Virus record (IMG/VR): IMGVR_UViG_3300010403_000004
Coordinates: 142 to 64,141 of that record
DNA from: a virus
Taxonomy: Duplodnaviria; Caudoviricetes
Strand: one strand, 5' to 3'
DNA: 64,000 bases
The notes under the pieces: generated by a model
Told to the model about the DNA's origin: nothing
Database searches by the model: none
What the model saw: only the letters and a program-made list of their open reading frames with translations
Program-made: the position numbers and the translations under genes
Part shown: positions 45,991-55,308 of the stretch, one piece after another
How the letters are laid out: each line of letters opens with the position of its first letter
Numbering within the stretch: position 1 is the first letter of the stretch

Positions 45991-46790
45991 AAGAAAGGGT
46001 AAATTCGATGATCAACCTAGACGAGATTGTATTACAGTCGGGCGCGCATGAATCGGCTGAAGCCGGCATGTGCGTGATGGAGATGGTGTCTTACATGGAG
46101 GACGAGCCATGGAGCGACCATCCGGCGTGTGTGTCGCCAGTGCTAGGAGCGTTCCTGCGCTCCTGGAACGATGGATTGGATGAGGAGACGCGCCAGCGGC
46201 TGAAGCCTTACGCGGCTCGCGTGATCGGGACCGCCAACGATGGCAAGGATGAGGCGCGGGCGTGGATGGCTACAGACTGGCTATGCCGCAGTCAACTACC
46301 CGCTTGGCTGGATCTGGCGGGATTGACGGAGCACGCCGCCGCAGTCCGGGCATTAGGCGCTATCGCCTCGACGGATAGCGCGCAGGTCGGCCAAACAACA
46401 CTAGCCGCCGCCGGGGCCGCCGCCAGGGACGCCGCCAGGGCCGCCGCCGGGGCCGCCGCCTGGGACGCCGCCAGGGCCGCCGCCGGGGCCGCCGCCGGGG
46501 CCGCCGCCTGGGACGCCGCCAGGGCCGCCGCCGGGGACGCCGCCGGGGCCGCCGCCTGGGACGCCGCCAGGGCCGCCGCCTGGGACGCCGCCGGGGCCGC
46601 CGCCGGGGCCGCCGCCTGGGCCGCCGCCGGGGACGCCGCCAGGGACGCCGCCGGGGCCGCCGCCTGGGCCGCCGCCTGGGACGCCGCCAGGGCCGCCGCC
46701 GGGGCCGCCGCCTGGGACGCCCTGAAGCCTACGGCGACCGCGCTCCAAGCGTCGGCTTTTGATCTGCTCGACCGAATGATAGCGCCTTGA
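45987..46790 (+). CDS. Ala-rich repeat protein (AAWDAARA type)
   Basis: CVME...WSDHPACVSPVL...WND followed by Ala/Trp repeats. Confidence 0.75.
   Translation: MKERVNSMINLDEIVLQSGAHESAEAGMCVMEMVSYMEDEPWSDHPACVSPVLGAFLRSWNDGLDEETRQRLKPYAARVIGTANDGKDEARAWMATDWLCRSQLPAWLDLAGLTEHAAAVRALGAIASTDSAQVGQTTLAAAGAAARDAARAAAGAAAWDAARAAAGAAAGAAAWDAARAAAGDAAGAAAWDAARAAAWDAAGAAAGAAAWAAAGDAARDAAGAAAWAAAWDAARAAAGAAAWDALKPTATALQASAFDLLDRMIAP
46404..46721 (+). repeat. 12-nt tandem repeat GCCGCC(G/A/T)GGG(A/C)C
   Basis: Directly visible, about 26 units. Confidence 0.9.
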
Positions 46791-46905
46791 CCTTTGCGCT
46801 CCCCTCGCCTTCATCGGCCTCCAGGAGCGCTTAGCCCTCGCTTGGGGTGGTGCCCTCGCGCATGTGGGAGTGGGTAAGCTCCCACCGATCTTAGAAGGAG
46901 GAGTC

Positions 46906-47208
46906 ATGGACGACGCCGCGTACATTATCAAGCTACCGGCCCGCATCACAGGACGAACAAAGATAGTTCGATCCTTCAGCTACAAGCTCAACGTCGGCAA
47001 GTACGAGAGCCGCGACTTCTTCTGTTCTCAGTCGGCCGATTGTGACATTGAGGACGCCGAAGAGATCGGCGATCTGGTGTACCAGTTCTGCAAGCGTCAG
47101 GTGTTCGCGTCGGTGAAGGAATACAAGCGGCAGGCCGTGGCCGCCGGGGATGGTAACGCGGCTGCGTTCGAGCATTGGAAAGAGAATCGAGAAAGGATCG
47201 CATCGTGA
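46906..47208 (+). CDS. hypothetical protein
   Basis: RSFSYKLNVGKYESRDFFCS; AGGAGG RBS. Confidence 0.65.
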   Translation: MDDAAYIIKLPARITGRTKIVRSFSYKLNVGKYESRDFFCSQSADCDIEDAEEIGDLVYQFCKRQVFASVKEYKRQAVAAGDGNAAAFEHWKENRERIAS

Positions 47209-47660
47209 GACTGAACGGATTCGAAACCTTACGGAAACACCCGTCCTATAGTGTCTGGCGGGGGATGTGGGATCGCTGCCTTAATTCGAATATCCCCAAC
47301 TATAGGTATTACGGTGGCCGAGGAATTAGTGTCTGCCCTGCATGGCGTTCATTTGTCCAATTCGTTTTTGACGTTGGGGAGCGCCCTTCGACTGCGCATT
47401 CCATAGAGCGCATTGACAATAACGGGAACTATGAGCCGTCCAATGTTCGATGGGCAACAGACAAGGAGCAGGCCAATAATCGCCGCAACTCTCGCTACGT
47501 GACACTCAACGGAGAGCGAGTCACGGTTTCTCAATTTGCAGAACGGTGCGGACTATCCCGCTACACCGTTGCCACCAGAATGAACCTTGGATGGCCGGAG
47601 GCGAACCTTGGTAAACCCCGCGATACAAAGAAAAGGAATGGTAACGCCAAATGCGTCTAA
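47205..47660 (+). CDS. HNH endonuclease
   Basis: YSVWRGMWDRC...YYGGRGISVC...SIERIDNNGNYEPSNVRWAT. Confidence 0.85.
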   Translation: MRLNGFETLRKHPSYSVWRGMWDRCLNSNIPNYRYYGGRGISVCPAWRSFVQFVFDVGERPSTAHSIERIDNNGNYEPSNVRWATDKEQANNRRNSRYVTLNGERVTVSQFAERCGLSRYTVATRMNLGWPEANLGKPRDTKKRNGNAKCV

Positions 47661-48190
47661 ACTACAATTCGCAAGATGGCCGGATGCACATCGAGTTATC
47701 CGGCGAAAGCGTCAAGGATCTGTTTGAGAGCCTGTCATCGTTCCAGGAGGTCTTCGAAGCCGACACCGCGTGCGGCGTTTGCAACTCGCCGGCGATCCGC
47801 TTCCTGGCGCGGACGGTGGAGGATTTCAAATTCTACGAGCTGAGCTGCACTGCCTGTACGGCGCGAATGTCATTCGGACAAGCTAAGAAGGGCGGCGGAC
47901 TCTTCCCGAAACGTCGCGACGAAGACGGAAGGCCGCTCGACAATCGCGGGTGGTCCAAGTTCGTGCCGAAGTCGGACGGCGTCGGCAACGCGTCGGCACC
48001 AGCAGCACGGCCCAGCGCGCCCGCCGCTGACATCCCGCGAGATGCTGGCGTAGCGGTGTTCGCCGACTGGGACGCCGCGGAGAAGAGCAAAGCCTGGGGC
48101 GATCCATGGGTTAAGGTCGCAGGCACCATGTACAAGCTGGTGGATGGAAACTATCAGGCTCCAGCACCGGCGAAAGGAGCAACCCGATGA
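47651..48190 (+). CDS. hypothetical zinc-binding protein
   Basis: CGVC...CTAC...FGQAKKGGGLFPKR. Confidence 0.65.
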   Translation: MRLNYNSQDGRMHIELSGESVKDLFESLSSFQEVFEADTACGVCNSPAIRFLARTVEDFKFYELSCTACTARMSFGQAKKGGGLFPKRRDEDGRPLDNRGWSKFVPKSDGVGNASAPAARPSAPAADIPRDAGVAVFADWDAAEKSKAWGDPWVKVAGTMYKLVDGNYQAPAPAKGATR

Positions 48191-48420
48191 GAAAACCACG
48201 AACACCCAACCGCACCGACGCGCAGAAGATGGAGGACACATTCGCCGATTTGACGCTTACCGAGCAGGCGCAAATGCTGGCGAGCCTGCAATCCCTCAAC
48301 CGCTGGTGCATCCGCGAGCGTTCGCGGGCGCCGCAGACCGGCAACGAAGCGGAAGCCGCTGGTCGCGCGGATCACGCGAAGGCCGCTAACGGGGCGCTGC
48401 CCCTGGAGCATGAGTCATGA
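48187..48420 (+). CDS. hypothetical protein
   Basis: Coupled ORF with RBS. Confidence 0.55.
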   Translation: MRKPRTPNRTDAQKMEDTFADLTLTEQAQMLASLQSLNRWCIRERSRAPQTGNEAEAAGRADHAKAANGALPLEHES

Positions 48421-48611
48421 AGGCTACTGCGAAGCAACTCAGGGAAGAGGTCGCCGCGCTGCGCTCTGTTGGCAGTCTGATGTCCAACGTGTGCTTCAAC
48501 ATAAGCCAAGGGGCTGGGCGACTCGCCGATACCGAACGGCAGCGCGAAATGTTGGCCGAACTAGCAAGGCAGTGGGACGCCATCAAAAGGAGCGAGACAT
48601 GCAAGAGCTGA
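48417..48611 (+). CDS. hypothetical protein
   Basis: ATGA overlap. Confidence 0.5.
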   Translation: MKATAKQLREEVAALRSVGSLMSNVCFNISQGAGRLADTERQREMLAELARQWDAIKRSETCKS

Positions 48612-49381
48612 GCCTCTGGAAACTGGACCACGAGCTTGAAGCGCTGGTCAACGTCCAGGCCGAGCGCATGGGCGATACCGACGATCCACCCTCTGCCGAG
48701 GAGCTGGCAGCCATGCAAGCGGAGATCGCCAAGTACCTGGAAGCCTTGCCCCGCAAGGTGGACGGCGTGGCGGGGTGGTTCCGGGCGAAGGAATCGCAGC
48801 TCACGGCGATCCTGGGGCCGAAGTCCGCCACGGGCACGCGCAAGGGAGGCGAGGTTGACCGGTTGCGCGCAATCGCGGCGGACATCGAGGGCCAGGTGGC
48901 GCGGCTCAAAGGCATCGTCGCGGAGGTCCTAGAGCGGCAGCCGGCGCCGGCGAAGGGCAGCCGGAAGCTGGTAGGCGCGACGGGATCGCAACTGATCCTG
49001 AAGGGCAACGGGGGCGTTGAGCCGCTGGTGATTTCGCAGCCGGAACTGGTGCCCGATGATCTCAGTTATTTCGAGGGCCGAGTGTCGCATGAGCTCTATT
49101 GCGAGCTGATGAAGGTTGGGCTATCCACGCCTGAACTGGCACATGAAGTCGCTACGGCATTCAAGCGGGTTCCGTCTCCATCACTCATCCGAGAGGCGCT
49201 AATCCAGCCGTGCGACCTATGCGACGGGAAAGGCGATTCAGAGGAGGCTACCACGTGCAGGAGCGATGGTGCACCCTGCAAATGTCCAGCGCAGCATTGC
49301 CCCTCATGCGGCGGTACCGGGCGGCGTGGCGTTCCTGGGGCACATCTGGGCGAGAGGTTAAATCATGTCGAAATCCGTTAG
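48599..49381 (+). CDS. Siphovirus Gp157/Gam-like protein with zinc-finger insert
   Basis: LSLWKL...KVDGVAGW...GVPGAHL; CDLCDGKG and CPSCGGTG. Confidence 0.65.
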   Translation: MQELSLWKLDHELEALVNVQAERMGDTDDPPSAEELAAMQAEIAKYLEALPRKVDGVAGWFRAKESQLTAILGPKSATGTRKGGEVDRLRAIAADIEGQVARLKGIVAEVLERQPAPAKGSRKLVGATGSQLILKGNGGVEPLVISQPELVPDDLSYFEGRVSHELYCELMKVGLSTPELAHEVATAFKRVPSPSLIREALIQPCDLCDGKGDSEEATTCRSDGAPCKCPAQHCPSCGGTGRRGVPGAHLGERLNHVEIR

Positions 49382-49706
49382 GCCGTGGACGCCGGGGCCG
49401 TGGTATGCCGAACAGCCGGGTATGGGATTCACCACCCTCAGGCAAGTTGGGACCGACAGAATCGTATTTGCTCTGGCTCACCCCAATCCTAAATGTGGCG
49501 ATCCTGACGTTCCTGATGAGGAAAAGTACGCGAATCTTGCGTTGCTGGAACACGCGCCGGATCTTTACGATGCGCTCAAGGACGCAGAAGGATGGGTAGA
49601 ATTTCTCCGTATTAACGGATGCGATGGGGGAGCCGTGGTGAAATCTCTCTCAAAAATCCGGGCCGCCCTCGATAAAGCGAATCCCCACAGGAACGAGGTG
49701 CTCTGA
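49365..49706 (+). CDS. hypothetical phage protein
   Basis: WTPGPW...ANLALLEHAPDLYDAL pattern. Confidence 0.65.
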   Translation: MSKSVRPWTPGPWYAEQPGMGFTTLRQVGTDRIVFALAHPNPKCGDPDVPDEEKYANLALLEHAPDLYDALKDAEGWVEFLRINGCDGGAVVKSLSKIRAALDKANPHRNEVL

Positions 49707-49936
49707 TGGCGGAAACCACAGCCTACACCTGCGACGAATGCGGGCGCACGAAGGGGGCGAGCAACCATTGGTACCGCGCCGCCCGCCTCACTACAGCAGC
49801 GCCGCAGTACCCCAGGCTCATCTGCGCGACGTGGGAGCAAGGCCCTCTGATGCTGGCCGATGGCGACACCGAGCTTCACCTGTGCGGCATGGACTGCCTC
49901 ACCAAGTGCATGAGCAAGGCGATGCAGAATGAATAA
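49706..49936 (+). CDS. hypothetical zinc-binding protein
   Basis: YTCDECG...NHW...HLCGMDC. Confidence 0.6.
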   Translation: MAETTAYTCDECGRTKGASNHWYRAARLTTAAPQYPRLICATWEQGPLMLADGDTELHLCGMDCLTKCMSKAMQNE

Positions 49937-50068
49937 GATTAAGCCTGGGTATGATCCGAAATGTGAGGATTTGGCTCGCCATTTCCTGCCTTACGCGGAC
50001 GATGCAGAAGTGGCAGATATGGCGCAGGTGATTCAAGACGCCATCGAAGACCAACTGGAAGATCCGAG

Positions 50069-50491
50069 ATGAACTGGACAACCTCACAGGCCGCCGCGGT
50101 CTTCGCGCGACTTGGAATCATTAACCCGCTGGGTGCCGCGTGCGGACAGCCGCCCCGCCGCTCCAAGTACAACGCCGTGCCTACGGTGGTGGACGGTATC
50201 CGCTTCGCATCGAAGGCCGAGGCCCAAGCCTTCCAGACGCTCAAGATCGCGGAATCCAAGGGCCTGGTGACGGATCTCCGCTTGCAGCCGCGGTACGAGT
50301 TGCAAGCCAAGTTCACGGACGGCCAGGGAGTCAAACACCGGGCCGTTTTTTACGTGGGAGATTTTGAGTTCGTCCGTGATGGCCGGCGGATCTGCGCGGA
50401 CGTGAAGGGCGTAGAGGCTCCGGGATTCCGAGCCAAATGGAAGCTGGCCATCGCCCGGTACCCGGATATCGTGTTCGAGTTGTGGAAATGA
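50069..50491 (+). CDS. DUF1064 family nuclease-like protein
   Basis: SKYNAVPTVVDGIRFASKAEA...LQPRYEL...YVGDF...DVKG. Confidence 0.85.
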   Translation: MNWTTSQAAAVFARLGIINPLGAACGQPPRRSKYNAVPTVVDGIRFASKAEAQAFQTLKIAESKGLVTDLRLQPRYELQAKFTDGQGVKHRAVFYVGDFEFVRDGRRICADVKGVEAPGFRAKWKLAIARYPDIVFELWK

Positions 50492-50498
50492 GGAAACG

Positions 50499-50906
50499 GT
50501 GAGCAGAATCAGCTATTGCGATGAGGAAGACTTCCCCGGCCAGTTCGATTTGTGGCAAGGGAACTGCGAGCGGTCGCTACGCGGAAAGAAAGGGCAGGAG
50601 GAGCTTGGCGAGCTTCGCGCGGCGCTTCTTGATCTGCCGGACAAACGGCTACTCCACAAGGCGCTTGAGGACGAAGAGGGCGGCGTGTGCGCCATCGGAG
50701 CCTACGGCAAACGCAAGGGGGTGGACCTATCCAAGTTCGATTTGGACACCGATACCGATGAGGTGGGTATCGTAGGCGGAATGCCGCGCTTGGTCGCGTG
50801 GAAGGTGGTAGAGATGAATGACTTCCAATTCGACCGACACTTTACTCCGGAGCAGCGCTACGAAAAGATGCTCGCGTGGATTGACAGCAAATTGCAAGCA
50901 AAATGA
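50499..50906 (+). CDS. hypothetical protein
   Basis: 135 aa with GAGGA RBS. Confidence 0.65.
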   Translation: MSRISYCDEEDFPGQFDLWQGNCERSLRGKKGQEELGELRAALLDLPDKRLLHKALEDEEGGVCAIGAYGKRKGVDLSKFDLDTDTDEVGIVGGMPRLVAWKVVEMNDFQFDRHFTPEQRYEKMLAWIDSKLQAK

Positions 50907-51001
50907 GTTTACGGGGGGTAATACACAGCGCGGGGCCGGGGAGGTGTCCACGACTCCGCGCTGATCCCCCACCAGTTTAAAAATGAAAGGTAGGTAACGA
51001 C

Positions 51002-51430
51002 ATGGACGAACAGAAGCAAGCGCAATTCAACGGTTGGGCTAAGGTGGAAGTGATGGGCCACCAGAGCCACATAGGATATGTCACCACCGAAGCATACGGC
51101 GGCGCGGTGTTATTCCGCATCGATCAACCGGAGGTTCCAGCCAGCGAAGAGATTCTCGACGTTTCCGACTGGGTGGGAAACCAGCGATGCCCCGCCGGGA
51201 CCGTCGTCAAGCGGGCCGCGATTCAGGCCGTTTCCGTGCTGGTCGGGTCGGGCAGCATTTACCGGATCATTCCATGCACGGAGGATGCGGCGATGAAGGC
51301 TATCCGCTCAAACGAGCGTCGGCCACTGTCTGTGGTGCGGCTCCCCGAGGCGATGGCTATCGAAGCGCCGGATCGGGAAGCGGACGACGACGACGAAGAC
51401 CCCGATCCACACGGAGACGGCGATTTCTGA
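51002..51430 (+). CDS. hypothetical phage protein
   Basis: WAKVEVMGH...FRIDQP...SIYRIIPCTE. Confidence 0.7.
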   Translation: MDEQKQAQFNGWAKVEVMGHQSHIGYVTTEAYGGAVLFRIDQPEVPASEEILDVSDWVGNQRCPAGTVVKRAAIQAVSVLVGSGSIYRIIPCTEDAAMKAIRSNERRPLSVVRLPEAMAIEAPDREADDDDEDPDPHGDGDF

Positions 51431-51431
51431 T

Positions 51432-51555
51432 TTGACATTACGCCCGATGTGGCGTAGACTTTCCGTGTCGGGTAGCTCCCGACATGGATTTGCGGATACC
51501 CACGGGCTCGGGTCCTTAGCCCGAGCCTACCGCGCCACCCACTAAGGAGGGTGAT
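51432..51555 (+). promoter_or_regulatory. promoter plus structured leader
   Basis: TTGACA-N17-TAGACT; hairpins TGTCGGG-TAGCT-CCCGACA and GGCTCGGG-TCCTTAG-CCCGAGCC. Confidence 0.65.
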
Positions 51556-51843
51556 TTGATTCGACCGACAATCATCAACATCAAGAACAAAGGCGACGAG
51601 CCGTATCAGTATATCGGGCGGCCGTCAAAATGGGGTAACCCGTTCTTCATTGGTAAGGACGGCGACCGTGACGCGGTTTGCGAAAAGTACCGCACCTGGA
51701 TCGTCACTCAGCCGAAACTGATGGCGGCGCTACCTTCGCTGGCCGGTAAGCGACTCGCCTGTTTCTGCGCACCGAAGCGATGCCACGGCGAGGTTTTAGC
51801 GGATCTGGTTGAGGCGCTTCCGGAGGTTGGGGACCGTGCCTAA
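51556..51843 (+). CDS. DUF4326 domain protein
   Basis: YIGRPSKWGNPF...LAGKRLACFCAPKRCHGEVL. Confidence 0.85.
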   Translation: MIRPTIINIKNKGDEPYQYIGRPSKWGNPFFIGKDGDRDAVCEKYRTWIVTQPKLMAALPSLAGKRLACFCAPKRCHGEVLADLVEALPEVGDRA

Positions 51844-52582
51844 TCGCATACTCCGAGAGGGCATCAACAGCAGCGCCAGAGTCAACCGGCTTTCGTTGGG
51901 GGCCGAGGTCCTGTATCGCCGCCTGATCTCGGTCGCAGACGACTATGGGCGGTATTACGCCAACCTCACGACCGTGCGCGGCGGGTGCTGGCCGACGCAT
52001 TCGACCCCACCTTGCGAACAAGATGTCAGCAGATGGATAGCAGAGTGTCGGCAAGGTGACCGCCCTTTGCTGACAATCTACATAGTGGACGGTTGCAATT
52101 ACCTTCAAATCAATGATTTTAATCAGAAAGTACGCTCTAAAAGCAAGTTTCCTGACCCTGCTATCGGATTGCTGGCAAGTTGCGAGCAAGTTGTTGACAA
52201 AATGCCTGCACTAGACGTAGTCGAAGACGGAGTCGTATTGCGTAATGCGGAGTCGTATCCGCAGTCGGAGCGGGCGGCGGCAAATGGCACCCCAAAACCA
52301 ATTCCGCTGCCATCACAGACCGAGTGGCCGCTCACCATCGCGGAGATCCGCAAGCACGATCCAGCGGTCGATGACATTTTTGTGCTCAGGCTGGCGCAAG
52401 CGTGCATCCAGGGGTGCCTGAGCTCTAAGACCTTCCCGCAGGAAAAGATTGATCTGGTCACCGACAAGGTGATTGCGAAGGCGTGCGCTGAGAGCTTCGC
52501 GACCGGGCCGCCGAACCACCGCGCGGGGCTGCTGCTGAACCGAGTGCCACCGATTCTGATTTCATGGAGTGTGACGGAATGA
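51836..52582 (+). CDS. phage replication initiator/replisome organizer
   Basis: PNRILREGI...LYRRLISVADDYGR...YLQINDFNQ. Confidence 0.7.
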   Translation: MPNRILREGINSSARVNRLSLGAEVLYRRLISVADDYGRYYANLTTVRGGCWPTHSTPPCEQDVSRWIAECRQGDRPLLTIYIVDGCNYLQINDFNQKVRSKSKFPDPAIGLLASCEQVVDKMPALDVVEDGVVLRNAESYPQSERAAANGTPKPIPLPSQTEWPLTIAEIRKHDPAVDDIFVLRLAQACIQGCLSSKTFPQEKIDLVTDKVIAKACAESFATGPPNHRAGLLLNRVPPILISWSVTE

Positions 52583-53460
52583 CGGAAATTGTCAATTACT
52601 GCGGACTGAGCGGCGGCAAGGATTCCAGCGCTACCATGCTCTGGCTGATCCACGAAAGCGGCTTGCCGCGAGAGTCACTCCGGTTCACGTTCTGCAACAC
52701 GCACAATGAACACCAGTACACGTATGACCATGTGGCGCTGTTATCCCGGTACGTTCAGGAGTGGGGCTGTGCGCCGGTCGTGACGCTGGAACCGGAACGC
52801 GGGTTCTTCGATCTTGCGAAATGGAAGAAGCGTTTCCCGAGCCGCAAGGCGCGATTCTGCACCCAATTCCTGAAGGTCATTCCGTCGCGCGAGGATGTCA
52901 CGGCGCTGATCCGCGCTGGTCATGAAGTGATAGTTCATTCCGGGGTCCGGGCTGGGGAATCGGATTTGCGGTCGAAACTGGTAGAACGAGAATTTAGCGA
53001 CATGTTCGGGTGCGTCATCAACCGCCCGCTACTCCGATGGACCTTGGCGGACGTGCTGGCCTATCACAAGCGCTTTGATCTGCCCCTCAATCGGCTGTAC
53101 GGTTACGGCTTCTCACGCGTCGGATGCTTCCCCTGTATCAATAGCAACAAGGCCGAGGTCAAGCTGATTTCGATCCACTTCCCCGAGCGGATAGATGGGA
53201 TTCGAGCGCAAGAGCAAGCGGGCTTCGGGCCGGGCGGAAGATATCAGTCTTTCTTTCACGCCAAAACGACACCGCCGCGTTTTCATAGCGAAACGTACGT
53301 CAACCGGAAGGGCCTCAAGTATTCGGTCGCCACGATAGACGATGTAGTCCGCTGGTCGCACACTGGGAAACGCGCGAAGGAACCCGGACCATACCTGACC
53401 GATGATTTCAATGATGACGCTTCGCTCGTATGCCCGAGCGGGGGAGGGATGTGCGAATGA
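52579..53460 (+). CDS. PAPS reductase family protein
   Basis: SGGKDS, RFCTQFLK, GVRAGES, RVGCFPC. Confidence 0.9.
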   Translation: MTEIVNYCGLSGGKDSSATMLWLIHESGLPRESLRFTFCNTHNEHQYTYDHVALLSRYVQEWGCAPVVTLEPERGFFDLAKWKKRFPSRKARFCTQFLKVIPSREDVTALIRAGHEVIVHSGVRAGESDLRSKLVEREFSDMFGCVINRPLLRWTLADVLAYHKRFDLPLNRLYGYGFSRVGCFPCINSNKAEVKLISIHFPERIDGIRAQEQAGFGPGGRYQSFFHAKTTPPRFHSETYVNRKGLKYSVATIDDVVRWSHTGKRAKEPGPYLTDDFNDDASLVCPSGGGMCE

Positions 53461-53975
53461 GACTCGATAAAACCGCGAAAGACGAACCCGATCAAGAGAA
53501 TCCCGAGGAGATGGTCCGGCGCGCGTTCTCACGCTGCTCGAATTTCCCCGATGACAAATTCGGGGTACTTGGACTCGCCCAGGGGCTCAAGCGGGCGTCC
53601 AGCCGCACGGGAGTGCCGATGGAGCGCATTGTAGCGGAGTGCGCCGACACCTCCGTGTACTGCCCGACCGATGCGGACTTGCTGACGGTAGCGCGGGGGA
53701 TTCGGGACGCCAGCAAGCGGGCGGTCCAGCGCGATCCCTGGGAGGATTGGAAGCGCGAGCCGAGCGCGCCGTTCGACATGCACGGCTATGACCACGCTCA
53801 GGCGGCACAGAGGCATCGTGAGCGCGATGCTTTGTGGACGGCGGCCAAGGGGCTTGGAATGTTCCGAAACGGCGACTGGGCACCCTACGGCGTCATCTGC
53901 GCGGCATTGCGCGAGGCGGGGTACCCGAAGACGCCATACCAGGGCGAAATGCTCACAGCCTGGGAGAAATGCTGA
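53457..53975 (+). CDS. hypothetical protein
   Basis: Coupled ORF. Confidence 0.55.
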   Translation: MRLDKTAKDEPDQENPEEMVRRAFSRCSNFPDDKFGVLGLAQGLKRASSRTGVPMERIVAECADTSVYCPTDADLLTVARGIRDASKRAVQRDPWEDWKREPSAPFDMHGYDHAQAAQRHRERDALWTAAKGLGMFRNGDWAPYGVICAALREAGYPKTPYQGEMLTAWEKC

Positions 53976-54148
53976 TGCAACACGTGACAATCACAGCGGC
54001 CGGCACGTACGCCGCCAGCACCATCAAGCCCGAGTTGGTTGAATCGCTTCGCGCCAGCATCGAGCAACACATGAAGGCGTATGGCCTGAAAGAGATCGAG
54101 ATTACCGCGCGGGTGTGCGGATGTCGGAAGAAAGCTGAGGTTGCCTGA
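53975..54148 (+). CDS. small hypothetical protein
   Basis: TGATG coupling. Confidence 0.45.
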   Translation: MQHVTITAAGTYAASTIKPELVESLRASIEQHMKAYGLKEIEITARVCGCRKKAEVA

Positions 54149-54149
54149 A

Positions 54150-54938
54150 ATGGGACAGACGACAGAGATTTCCTGGACTGACCACACATTCAACCCTTGG
54201 GCCGGATGCGTGAAGGTGTCGCCAGAATGCGATAACTGCTACGCCGAAAAGGACACCAACCGGCGCGGGTTCGTGAAGTGGGGGAAGGACGCGCCCCGGC
54301 GGCGTACGGTGCCGAGTTATTGGAATCAATTGGAAAAATGGAATCGCCACGCGTGCTCGACTGGCGTACGCGAGCGCGTGTTCATCGGCTCCTGGTGTGA
54401 CATCATGGAGGAAAACCCGCAATTGACGCCGATTCGGTGTGATCTGTGGCCACGGCTGGAACAGAGCGCGTATCTCGATAAGCTGCTGTTGACGAAGCGC
54501 CCGCAGAACTTCCGGAGATTCCTGCCGCGTTGGTGGATCGAGAACCCACGTACCGACGTGTGGGGTATGACCACGGCGGGAATGGCTTCCTCGAAATGGC
54601 GGATAGACGCTCTACGCGATACGCCTTTCGTGGTGCGCGGGCTCAGTATGGAGCCGCTGTTGGGTCCTATGGGCACACTCGACCTCCGTGGCATTCACTG
54701 GGTCATTGTGGGCGGGGAGAGTCAGCACGGCGCGCGTGCGATGCGGCCGGAGTGGGCGCGCGAGATTCGCGATCAGTGCGTAGCTGCTGGCGTGGCGTTC
54801 CATTTCAAGCAATTTGGCGAACACAATTCAGAACTGATTCACGTGGGCAAAAAAGCGGCTGGAAGACTCCTAGACGGCAGGGAATGGAATCAGTTCCCTG
54901 CGCTTCGCGACGGAAAGGTGGTGACGGTTGGCGAATAG
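54150..54938 (+). CDS. DUF5131 (Gp37Gp68, radical-SAM-like) protein
   Basis: TEISWTDHTFNPWAGCVKVSPECDNCYA, LLTKRP, SMEPLLG, WVIVGGES. Confidence 0.9.
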   Translation: MGQTTEISWTDHTFNPWAGCVKVSPECDNCYAEKDTNRRGFVKWGKDAPRRRTVPSYWNQLEKWNRHACSTGVRERVFIGSWCDIMEENPQLTPIRCDLWPRLEQSAYLDKLLLTKRPQNFRRFLPRWWIENPRTDVWGMTTAGMASSKWRIDALRDTPFVVRGLSMEPLLGPMGTLDLRGIHWVIVGGESQHGARAMRPEWAREIRDQCVAAGVAFHFKQFGEHNSELIHVGKKAAGRLLDGREWNQFPALRDGKVVTVGE

Positions 54939-55308
54939 CACTGAAGCAGTGCGCCGATGGCGCACAAAGCAAAGATCATTGGGATTGTCAGTACATGGGC
55001 CCGTTCGTCTCGCCAAACAGGCCGCATGGCTGAAGTCCACCTATTACGATCTGCGGTCAAGGCTCTACGATATTGTCGGTCGAGAATGTGTGTGGTGTGG
55101 GCACGACGATGTACGCGTATTGGAGTTTGACCACATCGCGGATGACGGAGCGAACGACCGCAGAGAGTTTCAAGGAGCGAGATCTATGCTGGATTATTAT
55201 GTGACACGGCCTGATGAGGCCAAGGCGCGGCTTCAATCGCTCTGCCGAAATTGTAATTGGCTGAAGCGTAAAGGATTCACGCGCGAACAGAAGCGAGGCG
55301 CGGCATGA
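54928..55308 (+). CDS. HNH endonuclease
   Basis: CVWCG...LEFDHI...QSLCRNCN. Confidence 0.75.
   Translation: MANSTEAVRRWRTKQRSLGLSVHGPVRLAKQAAWLKSTYYDLRSRLYDIVGRECVWCGHDDVRVLEFDHIADDGANDRREFQGARSMLDYYVTRPDEAKARLQSLCRNCNWLKRKGFTREQKRGAA

Noticed and set aside
46401-46949. 182-aa GGGP-repeat ORF on the - strand; CRISPR-like appearance
   Set aside because: It is the antisense shadow of the Ala-rich coding repeat; there are no unique spacers and no cas genes.
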